Positions 1-7,771 of a stretch of 12,800 nucleotides of DNA are shown piece after piece. Each line of letters opens with the position of its first letter. Position 1 is the first letter of the stretch. The DNA comes from a virus. The notes beneath the pieces are model-generated. The model was not told the origin of the DNA. It did not search any database and saw only the letters and a list, made by a program, of their open reading frames with translations. Location: the UHGV virus genome UHGV-0088363; one strand, written 5' to 3'. Made by a program: the position numbers and the translations under genes.

Positions 1-178
1 TGAGTTTTGGGTTTAGCGTGACAAGTTTGCGAGGGTGATCGGAGTAATCAGTGAATAGCTCTCCGCCAACAATGACGTCATAACCATGATTTCTGGTTTT
101 CTGCCGTCCGTTATCAGTTCCCTCTGACCACGCCAGCATATCGAGGAACGCCTTACGTTGATTATTGATTTCCACCAT
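1..178 (-). CDS. R: Endolysin R (lambda R-type), N-terminal part; gene continues beyond the window start
   Basis: Reverse complement from 178 reads ATG GTG GAA ATC AAT AAT CAA CGT AAG GCG TTC CTC GAT ATG CTG GCG TGG = [17 protein letters not shown], the lambda R N-terminus as I recall it. Start overlaps the S stop as in lambda. Confidence 0.9.
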   Translation of the reverse strand, partial: MVEINNQRKAFLDMLAWSEGTDNGRQKTRNHGYDVIVGGELFTDYSDHPRKLVTLNPKL

Positions 179-485
179 CTTCTACTCCGGCTTTTTTAGC
201 AGCGAAGCGTTTGATAAGCGAACCAATCGAGTCAGTACCGATGTAGCCGATGAACACGCTCGTTATATAAGCGAGATTGCTACTTAGTCCGGCGAAGTCG
301 AGAAGGTCACGAATGAACCAGGCGATAATGGCGCACATCGTTGCGTCGATTACTGTTTTTGTAAACGCACCGCCATTATATCTGCCGCGAAGGTACGCCA
401 TTGCAAACGCAAGGATTGCCCCGATGCCTTGTTCCTTTGCCGCGAGAATGGCGGCTAACAGGTCATGTTTTTCTGGCATCTTCAT
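162..485 (-). CDS. S: Class I holin S (S107/S105 dual-start type)
   Basis: 107-aa ORF beginning [22 protein letters not shown], essentially the lambda S sequence as recalled, including the Met-Lys-Met dual start; hydrophobic segments; sits immediately upstream of R. Confidence 0.95.
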   Translation of the reverse strand: MKMPEKHDLLAAILAAKEQGIGAILAFAMAYLRGRYNGGAFTKTVIDATMCAIIAWFIRDLLDFAGLSSNLAYITSVFIGYIGTDSIGSLIKRFAAKKAGVEDGGNQ

Positions 486-530
486 GTCTTAGCCCCAATA
501 AGGGGATTTGCTCTATTTAATTAGGAATAA

Positions 531-569
531 GGGCAAAACGGCAGGAGGTTGTTAGCGCAACCTCTTGCC
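531..569 (-). terminator. GC-rich hairpin followed by a U-tract in the S leader (lambda-homologous element)
   Basis: On the minus strand: GGCAAGAGG-loop-CCTCCTGCC (9-bp stem, one mismatch) followed by GTTTTGCCC. The surrounding 486..660 resembles the lambda S-upstream leader from memory. Confidence 0.35.
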
Positions 570-656
570 ACCCACTTTCACGAAGATCATGTGTAGAAGG
601 CCGCAGCGTAACTATCACTGATGAATTCAGGATAGTCAGTGGCTACGGCTCAGTTA

Positions 657-732
657 TGGTGCTGGTTAACGGACTTGAACCGCTACCCATTCGCTTACAA
701 GGCGACTGCTCTACCATTGGAGCTAAACCAGC
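657..732 (-). tRNA. tRNA gene, anticodon read as UGU (Thr-like), encoded CCA end
   Basis: Minus-strand sequence folds by hand as a 76-nt cloverleaf: acceptor GCTGGTT/AACCAGC (7 bp), D-stem GCTC/GAGC with GG in the loop, anticodon loop CTTGTAA, T-stem with T-loop TTCAAGT, discriminator A, CCA. One G-A pair at the top of the anticodon stem. Confidence 0.6.
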
Positions 733-737
733 ATGTT

Positions 738-812
738 TGGCGGGACAGCGTGGACTCGAACCACGATAAGAAGGTTAACAGCCTTCCGTAATGACCTTTA
801 TACGACTGACCC
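738..812 (-). tRNA. tRNA-like gene, anticodon read as GUU (Asn-like), possibly degenerate
   Basis: 75-nt cloverleaf 5 nt upstream of the previous tRNA: perfect anticodon stem GAAGG/CCTTC with loop CTGTTAA, perfect T-stem CGTGG/CCACG with T-loop TTCGAGT, then GCCA. Acceptor and D stems each have one mismatch. Confidence 0.45.
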
Positions 813-866
813 AAATAAAAAAAGCCACCGTTGCAACTTAAGAGTCACTAACGGCAGCTTACATCT

Positions 867-1379
867 TTAAACGGTATGATATTTCATTCTGGCTGCCTCA
901 AAAGCCGCAGCGGCAAGTTCGGCAGTGTCATGGTATCCAAGGTTAATACACTTTCCAGACGCATTAATTCTTGCTCTCCATTTCCCGTACTTAGCATCCC
1001 AAGACACGCCACGGTATCCAGATTTATTATTCTTCTGAATTTTCCTGTTTTGCATATTTTCGGAATGAGTGACAAGACGAAGATTTGATATCCGGTTATC
1101 TGTTCTTACCCTGTTGATGTGATCAATAAAACCATCTGGCATGGTGCCATAAACAATCAACCATGCCAGTCTGTGAGCAGGGTATGCTTTACCATTAATC
1201 ATAATCATTAAATACCCATCAGAATTTATTGATGAGCATTTCTTGAAAGCAAAACGAGAGTTCCATGTCAAAGTGGTCCTCTCTCTCCCCTGCCTCCACC
1301 TCCAGTGAAAGTCGCCTGATGATGGATTGTAATCAACAACAGAAAGCACCATTTCTGGCGTTAATTTTATTTCTTTCAT
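867..1379 (-). CDS. HNH homing endonuclease with C-terminal AP2-type DNA-binding domain (copy 1)
   Basis: 170-aa ORF with HNH motif DHINRVRTDNRISNLRLVTHSENMQN followed by SGYRGVSWDAKYGKWRARI...LGYHDTAELAAAAFEAA (AP2-like). RBS AAGGTAAAG upstream of the ATG. AT-rich relative to flanks. Confidence 0.8.
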   Translation of the reverse strand: MKEIKLTPEMVLSVVDYNPSSGDFHWRWRQGRERTTLTWNSRFAFKKCSSINSDGYLMIMINGKAYPAHRLAWLIVYGTMPDGFIDHINRVRTDNRISNLRLVTHSENMQNRKIQKNNKSGYRGVSWDAKYGKWRARINASGKCINLGYHDTAELAAAAFEAARMKYHTV

Positions 1380-1500
1380 CGCTTTACCTTAGGGATAGAG
1401 CCTGTTCGCGTAGATATGACAGCCAAGAGCGGAGCGATGTTTCCACCACCATATCTCAGGCCCATATCACTAAGACTCTTGTTTTGATTGCACGCGAATG

Positions 1501-1525
1501 CAAAAAAGCCCACAGGAGGTGGGCT
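1501..1525 (-). terminator. Rho-independent terminator downstream of pR' (tR'-type)
   Basis: Minus-strand RNA AGCCCAC-CUCCU-GUGGGCU (perfect 7-bp stem, 5-nt loop) followed by UUUUUUG, about 55 nt downstream of the predicted late promoter. Confidence 0.6.
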
Positions 1526-1557
1526 TGTGATGGTTGCTGAATGCAAAAGCAGCAGCA

Positions 1558-1596
1558 TATGTGAATATTATGGCTAAATGGATAATTGCATGTCAA
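1558..1596 (-). promoter_or_regulatory. Late promoter pR' (Q-dependent late operon promoter)
   Basis: Minus strand has a perfect -35 TTGACA (1591..1596), an 18-nt spacer and -10 CATAAT (1567..1572), abutting the Q stop codon. Confidence 0.55.
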
Positions 1597-2092
1597 GGCC
1601 TTTAACAGCAACATGCTTAACTTTCTCAACACGTTTACGCATTTTGAAAGCATTTTGCATTGGCTGGTACAAAACAAATAACGACGCTTTCAGGATGTCG
1701 TCAATTTCGTTTCTACAGGTTACCAGTGAAGGTTTTCTCCATCCCTCGCCACCACGTCCACACATCTTGCGTGGCTTTGCAGTCGCGTGATAGTAGGATG
1801 CAATTGCTCGCTTAGATGAACCATGAGCATAGTAGCTGAGGAGGATGCCAAAGGCTTTCTTGTCAATGTACATGACGGAATCGACGACCTGAGAAATCAA
1901 CATTCCATCATCATCATTACACATTGGCCTTGTCATAACTCTTCCCGGCTCTACGCTCTCCATGAACTTCGCTATTACGCTGCTCATGCGCTTTTCCAGA
2001 CGACCTGAATAAACCCATGCGCCCCACAGTTCAAGCCAGCCATTCAGCCACTCATGCTGTTCTTTGGTGAGGTTTAGTTCTCTTATGCCCAT
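1574..2092 (-). CDS. Q: Late antiterminator Q, non-lambda type (QuuD/phage 21-like family)
   Basis: 172-aa ORF with the motif pattern I recall for the short Q family (WGAW ... CNDDD ... YY.HG); RBS AAGGGAGAAGG; position immediately upstream of pR'. Not similar to lambda Q. Confidence 0.7.
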   Translation of the reverse strand: MGIRELNLTKEQHEWLNGWLELWGAWVYSGRLEKRMSSVIAKFMESVEPGRVMTRPMCNDDDGMLISQVVDSVMYIDKKAFGILLSYYAHGSSKRAIASYYHATAKPRKMCGRGGEGWRKPSLVTCRNEIDDILKASLFVLYQPMQNAFKMRKRVEKVKHVAVKGLDMQLSI

Positions 2093-2135
2093 GCGCCTTC
2101 TCCCTTGTTATCTGGAATGATTTTTACTGAGAACG

Positions 2136-2741
2136 TCATGCAGCCTCACTTCTGCTGTTTCGCAGTTTTTTAAGTTTCTGTTGATACTCCGCCTTGATGG
2201 TCCTGCACTCTTCGACAGTCCAGCGATGGCGGTTATGGTTTGATTCGATTTCGTCTACTGCTTCCTGCCCGATGCGGTTAATCAGTTCGACGCGATACGG
2301 AACGAGATTTCCGCTTTTGTGCTGGTTGCACACCACGCATTGCTTGTGAATATTGCGTTCATCAAATCGGAGTTGAGGCGCCGCAGCAGTTGTCCGGTAA
2401 TGCCCGGCATCCCACTGAGCAGACGTGAGCGTTCCGCACGAGATACATGGTAAGTCGCGGTCTCTTTCTCTGATGAAGGCGTTTACGGCTTGTTGGGCTT
2501 GTTTAATCCAGTAACTGCGGGGCTTTAAGGCGAGTTTTCGAATCTTAAGTTTATCTTTCTGTTTCTGCTCCTCTCGTCGTCGTTTCTTCTCTGCTGCTTT
2601 TTCCGCTTTTTTGCGCTGTTTGCTTCGTAGTTTGAGTGCTAATTGAGTTCCGTGTTCCGGGCAGCACCACCACTGATTTGAGAATGCCGGGTGAAACCAT
2701 TCCTTGCATATTTTGCATTTCCTTCGCGCTGATTTAGCCAT
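2136..2741 (-). CDS. ninG: NinG / Rap recombination-promoting structure-specific endonuclease
   Basis: 201-aa ORF, near-collinear with lambda NinG as recalled ([52 protein letters not shown]...). Confidence 0.9.
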   Translation of the reverse strand: MAKSARRKCKICKEWFHPAFSNQWWCCPEHGTQLALKLRSKQRKKAEKAAEKKRRREEQKQKDKLKIRKLALKPRSYWIKQAQQAVNAFIRERDRDLPCISCGTLTSAQWDAGHYRTTAAAPQLRFDERNIHKQCVVCNQHKSGNLVPYRVELINRIGQEAVDEIESNHNRHRWTVEECRTIKAEYQQKLKKLRNSRSEAA

Positions 2742-2794
2742 AATCTTCTTCCTCGTGCATTGAGCTATTCTGATCGCTCATCAGTTCTGCGCAG

Positions 2795-3301
2795 TTATGG
2801 TCTACCATGGTTTTCATGAAAACCCAGTTCTTTTTCTGCCCTCTTCCTTTCTGCAATAGCGTCAATGATGCTAGCAAATATTCCAAGATATTTGGTGCGC
2901 CCATCTACGCATATATTCGCAATCCACTTACATCTCTCTTTATTGAAATATACTCCAGTCACTCCTGACGAATTGGTTATTTTTCTCTTTTGGTTCTGTG
3001 CATTCTGTTGGTGTGTAACCAATCGAAGATTAGATAGCCTATTATCTGACCTTACTCCATTTATATGATCAATTTTATACCCTAATGGAATCTCACCATT
3101 ATTTATCATCCATATAACGTGGTGAGCATAAGTAATTACACCATCGATAGTTAACATCCTATAACCATCACTCCTAATGTAACCAGCAACACTGCCAACC
3201 TTAACATTATTAGAAGGAGACACTTTCCATCTAAGTACACCTAAAACATCATCATATGATAATTTATTTCTTAATTCGTCTATGTTGCTTATATTTCTCA
3301 T
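2795..3301 (-). CDS. HNH homing endonuclease with AP2-type domain (copy 2)
   Basis: 168-aa ORF with IDHINGVRSDNRLSNLRLVTHQQNAQN followed by SSGVTGVYFNKERCKWIANI (AP2-like). AT-rich. Its start overlaps the 3' end of ninF. Confidence 0.8.
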   Translation of the reverse strand: MRNISNIDELRNKLSYDDVLGVLRWKVSPSNNVKVGSVAGYIRSDGYRMLTIDGVITYAHHVIWMINNGEIPLGYKIDHINGVRSDNRLSNLRLVTHQQNAQNQKRKITNSSGVTGVYFNKERCKWIANICVDGRTKYLGIFASIIDAIAERKRAEKELGFHENHGRP

Positions 3302-3449
3302 TATGTTCCACCATATTTAAGCATTCATATATACAACGCTCACACACGTGAACTTCCAGCACATGCAGCTTCTGACCGCAATTAGCGCACGTTAAAGCCC
3401 GCTCGACGCTTTCTTTCTGGTATTGAAGGGATTGGGATGGGCTAAGCAT
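3264..3449 (-). CDS. ninF: NinF-like protein with altered C-terminus
   Basis: N-terminal 37 residues [37 protein letters not shown] match lambda NinF as recalled; the C-terminal approx 24 residues overlap the HNH copy 2 start and differ. Confidence 0.7.
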   Translation of the reverse strand: MLSPSQSLQYQKESVERALTCANCGQKLHVLEVHVCERCIYECLNMVEHNEKYKQHRRIKK

Positions 3450-3814
3450 TATTGGATTCTCTGCATCATGAGAAAGACAATCATGGCGGCGCGGAGGGGA
3501 TTTTCATGTATAGCTCGCTTAGATTTACAGTAGGCCACACCGCGTGCACCCCACTCGTCTTCATCGAGATTGATAATGCTAATCCTGTATTTTTCAATAA
3601 TCGGCCATGCGTCTGCTGGGTTTGCGCATGGGTTAAAGGATCCGCGCTCAACTTCTACTTCAACTGCGTCTCCGTTTACAATGTCTCCCTCAAATGAGAT
3701 AAACACCATCGCGCCATTCTCACCTTCTTTGTAATCCGGTGATCCGTTATGAATGGCTTCGAATACCGCCACGTTAATTTCAAAATCACTTAACTGTGAA
3801 TAATCCATTGTCAT
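3449..3814 (-). CDS. Conserved nin-region protein of unknown function
   Basis: ORF starting at the ATG that overlaps the ninE stop (ATGA); its stop overlaps the ninF start (TAATG). Acidic protein beginning [21 protein letters not shown]. The six-frame track extends it to a GTG at 3850. Confidence 0.55.
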   Translation of the reverse strand: MTMDYSQLSDFEINVAVFEAIHNGSPDYKEGENGAMVFISFEGDIVNGDAVEVEVERGSFNPCANPADAWPIIEKYRISIINLDEDEWGARGVAYCKSKRAIHENPLRAAMIVFLMMQRIQ

Positions 3815-3987
3815 TTCCTCGCACGATGTCTTAGCCACCGGATATCCCACAGGTGAGCCGTGTAGTTGAAGGTTTTTACGTCAGATTCTTTTGGGATTGG
3901 CTTGCGTTTATTTCTGGAGCGTTTCGTTGGAAGGTATTTGCAGTTTTCGCAGATTATGTCGGTGATACTTCGTCGCTGTCGTCTCAT
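3811..3987 (-). CDS. ninE: NinE
   Basis: 58-aa product [52 protein letters not shown] matches lambda NinE as recalled; ATG overlaps the methyltransferase stop (ATGA). Confidence 0.8.
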   Translation of the reverse strand: MRRQRRSITDIICENCKYLPTKRSRNKRKPIPKESDVKTFNYTAHLWDIRWLRHRARK

Positions 3988-4514
3988 GCCGCCCTCCTGA
4001 CGCCCTGCCCGATCGCCATCAATGCCGCTTTGGATACGGTAGTAAACATCCGTCGAGGACTGATGAACGGTCGCCAAATTAGCAGCATGGAGCCTTTGCT
4101 GTTTCCCTTCTTCTCCAGCCCTGTCGATGGTTCGATAAAATTAATCCGTCCATCAGTGATAATGCGAACTTCGTCGACACTCTCCAGAGCTTTGCTGAAC
4201 CATCCGACTGACATATCCTCTGGCACAAGCATAACTACCGTCTGTCGCTGTTGTATGCACTGCTCAGCGGCTTTTTCCACCCACGGCCTGATATTGCTGT
4301 ACGGTGGGTTATTCCAGATTGCACCGTGGCTTACCCACTCAGAATTGAGCGCGTCGTCGGCCTCAGTTAGCCAGTGAGCACACAGAGCATTTTTGTCGCT
4401 CGCTGCCGAATCCAGCCAGAATCCAAACTCAATATCCAGTGCATCAAAAAGCCAAAGCGGCGTTTGCCAGCAGTCTCTAACTTCTTTTGGTGTTTCTGAT
4501 TTATGCTTAATCAT
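3984..4514 (-). CDS. Phage Dam-type DNA N6-adenine methyltransferase
   Basis: 176-aa ORF with the N6-adenine MTase catalytic motif NPPY ([20 protein letters not shown]) and an N-terminal [26 protein letters not shown] region typical of small phage Dam-family enzymes. Confidence 0.8.
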   Translation of the reverse strand: MIKHKSETPKEVRDCWQTPLWLFDALDIEFGFWLDSAASDKNALCAHWLTEADDALNSEWVSHGAIWNNPPYSNIRPWVEKAAEQCIQQRQTVVMLVPEDMSVGWFSKALESVDEVRIITDGRINFIEPSTGLEKKGNSKGSMLLIWRPFISPRRMFTTVSKAALMAIGQGVRRAA

Positions 4515-5038
4515 TCAACCCTCGCATATTGCCCGTGATATTTGTTGATAGCCTCACTGGCAACCAAACCAGCAAGATCAAGATCTTCATAGAACCCAAA
4601 ATGCAACCGGCCAAAATCTGTGCGCACTTGAACGGCCCATTTATTTTTTTGCTTGTTCCATAAAACATTTTTTATTCCAGAACGGCTATTGCACTTAGTT
4701 TTCTGATTTCGGCTGTTTGCTATCCGGCTTGCCTCCCTAAGATTTTTTGGGGAATTGTCCAGCCTGTTTCCGTTAATATGGTCAATATTTTTCAATGGCA
4801 TTCTTTTGTTGTGCAGCGCAAAAACAACTACGTGAACAAACATCTGAATGCCTGCAAAACACACCTGTCTATACCCAGATCCATTTATCGATGTTTTAAT
4901 TTCATCTCCGGCCCGGTGGCTGTGGTTGGGGTGTTTTAGCGAGTCCTTTTTGTATCTGACTGTATCTCCGTCTAAATACAGATAATCCTCAATAAGCCGA
5001 TACCTATCTGACGCTGGCGTATTTGATTTGATAGTCAT
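4511..5038 (-). CDS. HNH homing endonuclease with AP2-type domain (copy 3)
   Basis: 175-aa ORF from the ATG overlapping the ninB stop (ATGA); HNH motif IDHINGNRLDNSPKNLREASRIANSRN followed by SGIKNVLWNKQKNKWAVQV...FGFYEDLDLAGLVASEAINKYHG; its stop overlaps the methyltransferase start. Confidence 0.75.
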   Translation of the reverse strand: MTIKSNTPASDRYRLIEDYLYLDGDTVRYKKDSLKHPNHSHRAGDEIKTSINGSGYRQVCFAGIQMFVHVVVFALHNKRMPLKNIDHINGNRLDNSPKNLREASRIANSRNQKTKCNSRSGIKNVLWNKQKNKWAVQVRTDFGRLHFGFYEDLDLAGLVASEAINKYHGQYARVE

Positions 5039-5475
5039 GCAGCCCGATCTCCCCATCTCGCTTTCCACTCCAGAGCCAGTCTCGCTTCGTCTGACCACTT
5101 AACGCCACGCTCTGTACCGAATGCCTGTATAAGCTCTAATAGCTCCGCAAATTCGCCTACACGCATCCTGCTGGTTGACTGGCCTATTACCACAAAGCCA
5201 TTCCCGGCAAGGTTAGGAACAACGTCCTGCTGCTTTAATGCTGCTGTAAAAACGCACTTCCAGCTTTCTGCATCCAGCCAGCGACCATGCCATTCAACCT
5301 GACGCGAAACGTCACCAAGGCAAGCCCAAAGCTTCCGATTTTGGTCTAAGCTGCGGTTGCGCTCCTGAATGGTTACTACGATTGGTTTTGTTGGGTCTGG
5401 AAGGATTTGCTGGATGGCTTGAATGGCGTTCTGCTGATGGATGGGGCTTCTTAGTTCAAACGTTAGTTTCCTCAT
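5035..5475 (-). CDS. ninB: NinB (Orf-family recombination mediator)
   Basis: 146-aa ORF, nearly collinear with lambda NinB as recalled (PDPTKPIVVTIQERNRSLDQNRKLWACLGDVSRQVEWHGRWLDAESWKCVFTAALK...). Confidence 0.9.
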   Translation of the reverse strand: MRKLTFELRSPIHQQNAIQAIQQILPDPTKPIVVTIQERNRSLDQNRKLWACLGDVSRQVEWHGRWLDAESWKCVFTAALKQQDVVPNLAGNGFVVIGQSTSRMRVGEFAELLELIQAFGTERGVKWSDEARLALEWKARWGDRAA

Positions 5476-5710
5476 TGCTCACCTTCTGCACACATGGATT
5501 AATTAACGCCAAAATAGCTTCTGGTTTCTCAATAACATCGAACCGCTCACCACTTGCCATTCTTACAATCGTAATCCCGGCCTCAAATAGGGTTTCGATG
5601 TTGTCAGAGTTAACGTACAAGGGCTCATATGCACTTCTGGTGCTTTCTATCACGCCTGTGCTTGGTGGCTGATAGATGCTGCATTGCATGGTTAATTTTA
5701 TAAATGGCAT
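5456..5710 (-). CDS. Hypothetical phage protein (84 aa)
   Basis: ORF in the operon frame chain, start 2 nt after the upstream stop; no family recognised from sequence. Confidence 0.45.
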   Translation of the reverse strand: MPFIKLTMQCSIYQPPSTGVIESTRSAYEPLYVNSDNIETLFEAGITIVRMASGERFDVIEKPEAILALINPCVQKVSNEETNV

Positions 5711-5714
5711 ATAC

Positions 5715-6035
5715 TCACTCCTTCACTTTGACTCCAGCAGCGCGGATGTTTTCCTCATAAGCATCCATTGCATCACCGAAGCCATTGGAATAATCAACAG
5801 TAAACCCTTTGGCTAATGCTTCTCTGCTGTTGATAAACTTTGGCGCGGTTATTTCAATAGCTGATCGCGATGCCTGCCACGTTTGCCAGTGGCCTTGAAC
5901 ATCGTCCATCACGTATTGACCACCAATATTACCGCTGCCAATTTCATGGTGATTTTCAGGGTAACGGATAAGGTCTGAAGATTCGCCTCCACGTCGCAAC
6001 CAACTTTCTTCAAACTGCCTTCTTGATTCGTCCAT
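5715..6035 (-). CDS. Hypothetical phage protein (106 aa)
   Basis: ORF in the same-strand operon; no family recognised. Confidence 0.45.
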   Translation of the reverse strand: MDESRRQFEESWLRRGGESSDLIRYPENHHEIGSGNIGGQYVMDDVQGHWQTWQASRSAIEITAPKFINSREALAKGFTVDYSNGFGDAMDAYEENIRAAGVKVKE

Positions 6036-6052
6036 CGGTACTTACCCTCAGT

Positions 6053-6259
6053 TCAACTCACAAAACGCCACGCCATTTTTGCTACAGCGACAGGCATAAC
6101 ACCGATAATCACCCAGACAAATGCAGCGCCAAACAACGTATACCATGGGTCTTTACCGTCATTCACAAGACGAATGTAGCTATGCAGAACAATAAAAAAC
6201 GTCAGAAGAATCCATCCAACGCCAACGCATTTGAGTGAGACGAGCATAAACTCAGCCAC
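6053..6259 (-). CDS. Small putative membrane protein (approx 64-68 aa, start uncertain)
   Basis: Two hydrophobic stretches (GWILLTFFIVLHSYI and AAFVWVIIGVMPVAVA); the track start is a GTG, an ATG lies 4 codons in. Confidence 0.4.
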   Translation of the reverse strand: MAEFMLVSLKCVGVGWILLTFFIVLHSYIRLVNDGKDPWYTLFGAAFVWVIIGVMPVAVAKMAWRFVS

Positions 6260-6273
6260 GATTTACTCTCCCC

Positions 6274-6306
6274 CAAATAAAAAGGCCTGCGATTACCAGC
6301 AGGCCT
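6274..6306 (-). terminator. Rho-independent terminator after the replication genes (tR2-like position)
   Basis: Minus strand: AGGCCUGC-UGGUAAUC-GCAGGCCU (perfect 8-bp stem) followed by UUUUAUUUG, directly downstream of the helicase stop. Confidence 0.5.
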
Positions 6307-6334
6307 GTTATTAGCTCAGTGATGTAGATGGTCA

Positions 6335-7771
6335 TCAGAATCCTCCTTTCTTCTTGGACTGCGGTTCCTCGCGTTCACGGCGGCGCATTTCAGCAGACTG
6401 TTGGTCTGTGTCATAAATAGCGCCATTTGCCTGAATGCAATACACCGTGCCGGTATTGCCATGACGATTGAGACGAAGGATTAGTTCGGTTTCACCAGGT
6501 GGAACACTGTCATCAAAAGCACCTTCACGATGGATCCCCACCCAATAATCGCAATCCTGTTCAATCTGCCCTGTATCGCGCGAGTCACTTGGTAATGGGC
6601 GTTTATTGGTTCGGCTTTCCAATGCGCGGTTAAGCTGTGTCAGAAGCACAACAACGCAATCAAGCTCTTTGGCAAGGTTCTTCAATCCTTTGGTGATCAT
6701 GCCGTAAGCAAGGTCGTTGCGATCGGCCTTCTCAGCAGTCATTAGTGTCAGGTAATCGACCAGAATCATGCCAACACATCCTTTTTCTCGCTTGATTCGA
6801 CGGCTTTCGCTGACGATTTGAGCCAGAGATAATCCCGGCGTGTCGTCGATGTAAAGCAGGTCGATTTCACTCAAGCGATTGGCTGTTTCGATCGCCCTGT
6901 TGAAGTCACCATCGTAATCACCCTGATAGCCGTCATCAGCGTCATTTGTCGCCGGAAGGTAAAAAATATTCGGGTTAACACCAGACTTCTGCCCTACCAG
7001 TTTTTCCAGTATCTGATCACCTGGCATTTCAAGGCTGAACATCAGAGCGGGCTTTTTCTCATGCACTGCGCAGTTGATTGCCATCTGGCTGTATAGCGTC
7101 GTTTTCCCCATCTTAGGGCGAGCGCCAATGACAAACAGAGAGCCTTTCACCAGACCTTTCGGTGACAGCATCCTGTCCAGCGATGGGATCCCTGTGCTCA
7201 TTCCTCGTTGTTCGCCTGACGGGTCAAATCGCTTCTCAAGGTCGCTAACCCAGTCTTCCATGACCTCACCAAATGAGCGAAGGCCGCGACGCGATCCGGT
7301 TTTTGCATGGTCTGTCAGTTGCGTGAAAATCGCCTGAATAGCTTCGTACTTCTGCGTTGCAGTCATTCCGTTGCGGGAATAGAGCAATTCCGTCGCTTCA
7401 GTTATGCGGTTGATGGCGTAGCGTTCCATTGCGGTTTCACGAACCTGCATTGCATAGGCAACGATGTTTGCGGCGCTTGGCGTGTTCTTTGCGATCTCAG
7501 CGATATAAGCAAAACCGCCAACAGACGACGTTAACGATTTACGCTCCAGTTCATCGAAAAGCGTCAGGCCATCTACTGGATTTTGCTCCCGGTGCATTCT
7601 GGTTATTTCTTCGAAAAGGATTTTGTGTGGTCGGCTGTAAAATGAATCAGGCTTCAGCATCGCCAGAACTTTCTGGACGCGCTCACTGCTGTCATCATCC
7701 AGAAGCAATCCACCAATCACCGCCTGCTCTGCCTCGATGCTATGGGGCGGCGCATAAAAATTATCGGTCAT
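6335..7771 (-). CDS. Replicative DNA helicase, DnaB family
   Basis: N-terminus [26 protein letters not shown] (DnaB N-domain signature), Walker A GARPKMGKTT, and a downstream ILVDYLTLM-type motif. Start set at the ATG with RBS GAGGGTG rather than the upstream GTG of the track. Confidence 0.85.
   Translation of the reverse strand: MTDNFYAPPHSIEAEQAVIGGLLLDDDSSERVQKVLAMLKPDSFYSRPHKILFEEITRMHREQNPVDGLTLFDELERKSLTSSVGGFAYIAEIAKNTPSAANIVAYAMQVRETAMERYAINRITEATELLYSRNGMTATQKYEAIQAIFTQLTDHAKTGSRRGLRSFGEVMEDWVSDLEKRFDPSGEQRGMSTGIPSLDRMLSPKGLVKGSLFVIGARPKMGKTTLYSQMAINCAVHEKKPALMFSLEMPGDQILEKLVGQKSGVNPNIFYLPATNDADDGYQGDYDGDFNRAIETANRLSEIDLLYIDDTPGLSLAQIVSESRRIKREKGCVGMILVDYLTLMTAEKADRNDLAYGMITKGLKNLAKELDCVVVLLTQLNRALESRTNKRPLPSDSRDTGQIEQDCDYWVGIHREGAFDDSVPPGETELILRLNRHGNTGTVYCIQANGAIYDTDQQSAEMRRREREEPQSKKKGGF

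Noticed and set aside
486-866. Possible toxin cargo (for example Shiga toxin genes) between Q and S, prompted by the Q-tRNA-S arrangement
   Set aside because: No ORF of suitable size or composition exists there; the interval holds only the tRNA-like genes and leader sequence.
277-1088. Plus- and minus-strand ORFs of 63 to 71 aa inside S and inside HNH copy 1
   Set aside because: Alternative-frame or antisense ORFs within confidently assigned genes.
1265-1677. Three overlapping ORFs of 60 to 91 aa around the Q/pR' junction
   Set aside because: They overlap the Q 3' end, the predicted promoter and terminator and the endonuclease 5' end; the region is better explained as regulatory sequence.
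3811-4077. Longer 88-aa version of the ninE ORF in the six-frame track
   Set aside because: Its first 30 codons overlap the methyltransferase in another frame; the internal ATG at 3987 gives the canonical NinE N-terminus MRRQRR and an ATGA overlap with the upstream stop.
3853-4377. 174-aa plus-strand ORF
   Set aside because: Antisense to the well-supported ninE and methyltransferase genes; no RBS and no recognisable features.
6252-6335. 27-aa hydrophobic micro-ORF (MTIYITELITGLLVIAGLFIWGRVNRG) starting at the helicase stop codon
   Set aside because: It spans the terminator hairpin, so the sequence constraint is better explained by RNA structure; too short to support without conservation or expression data.
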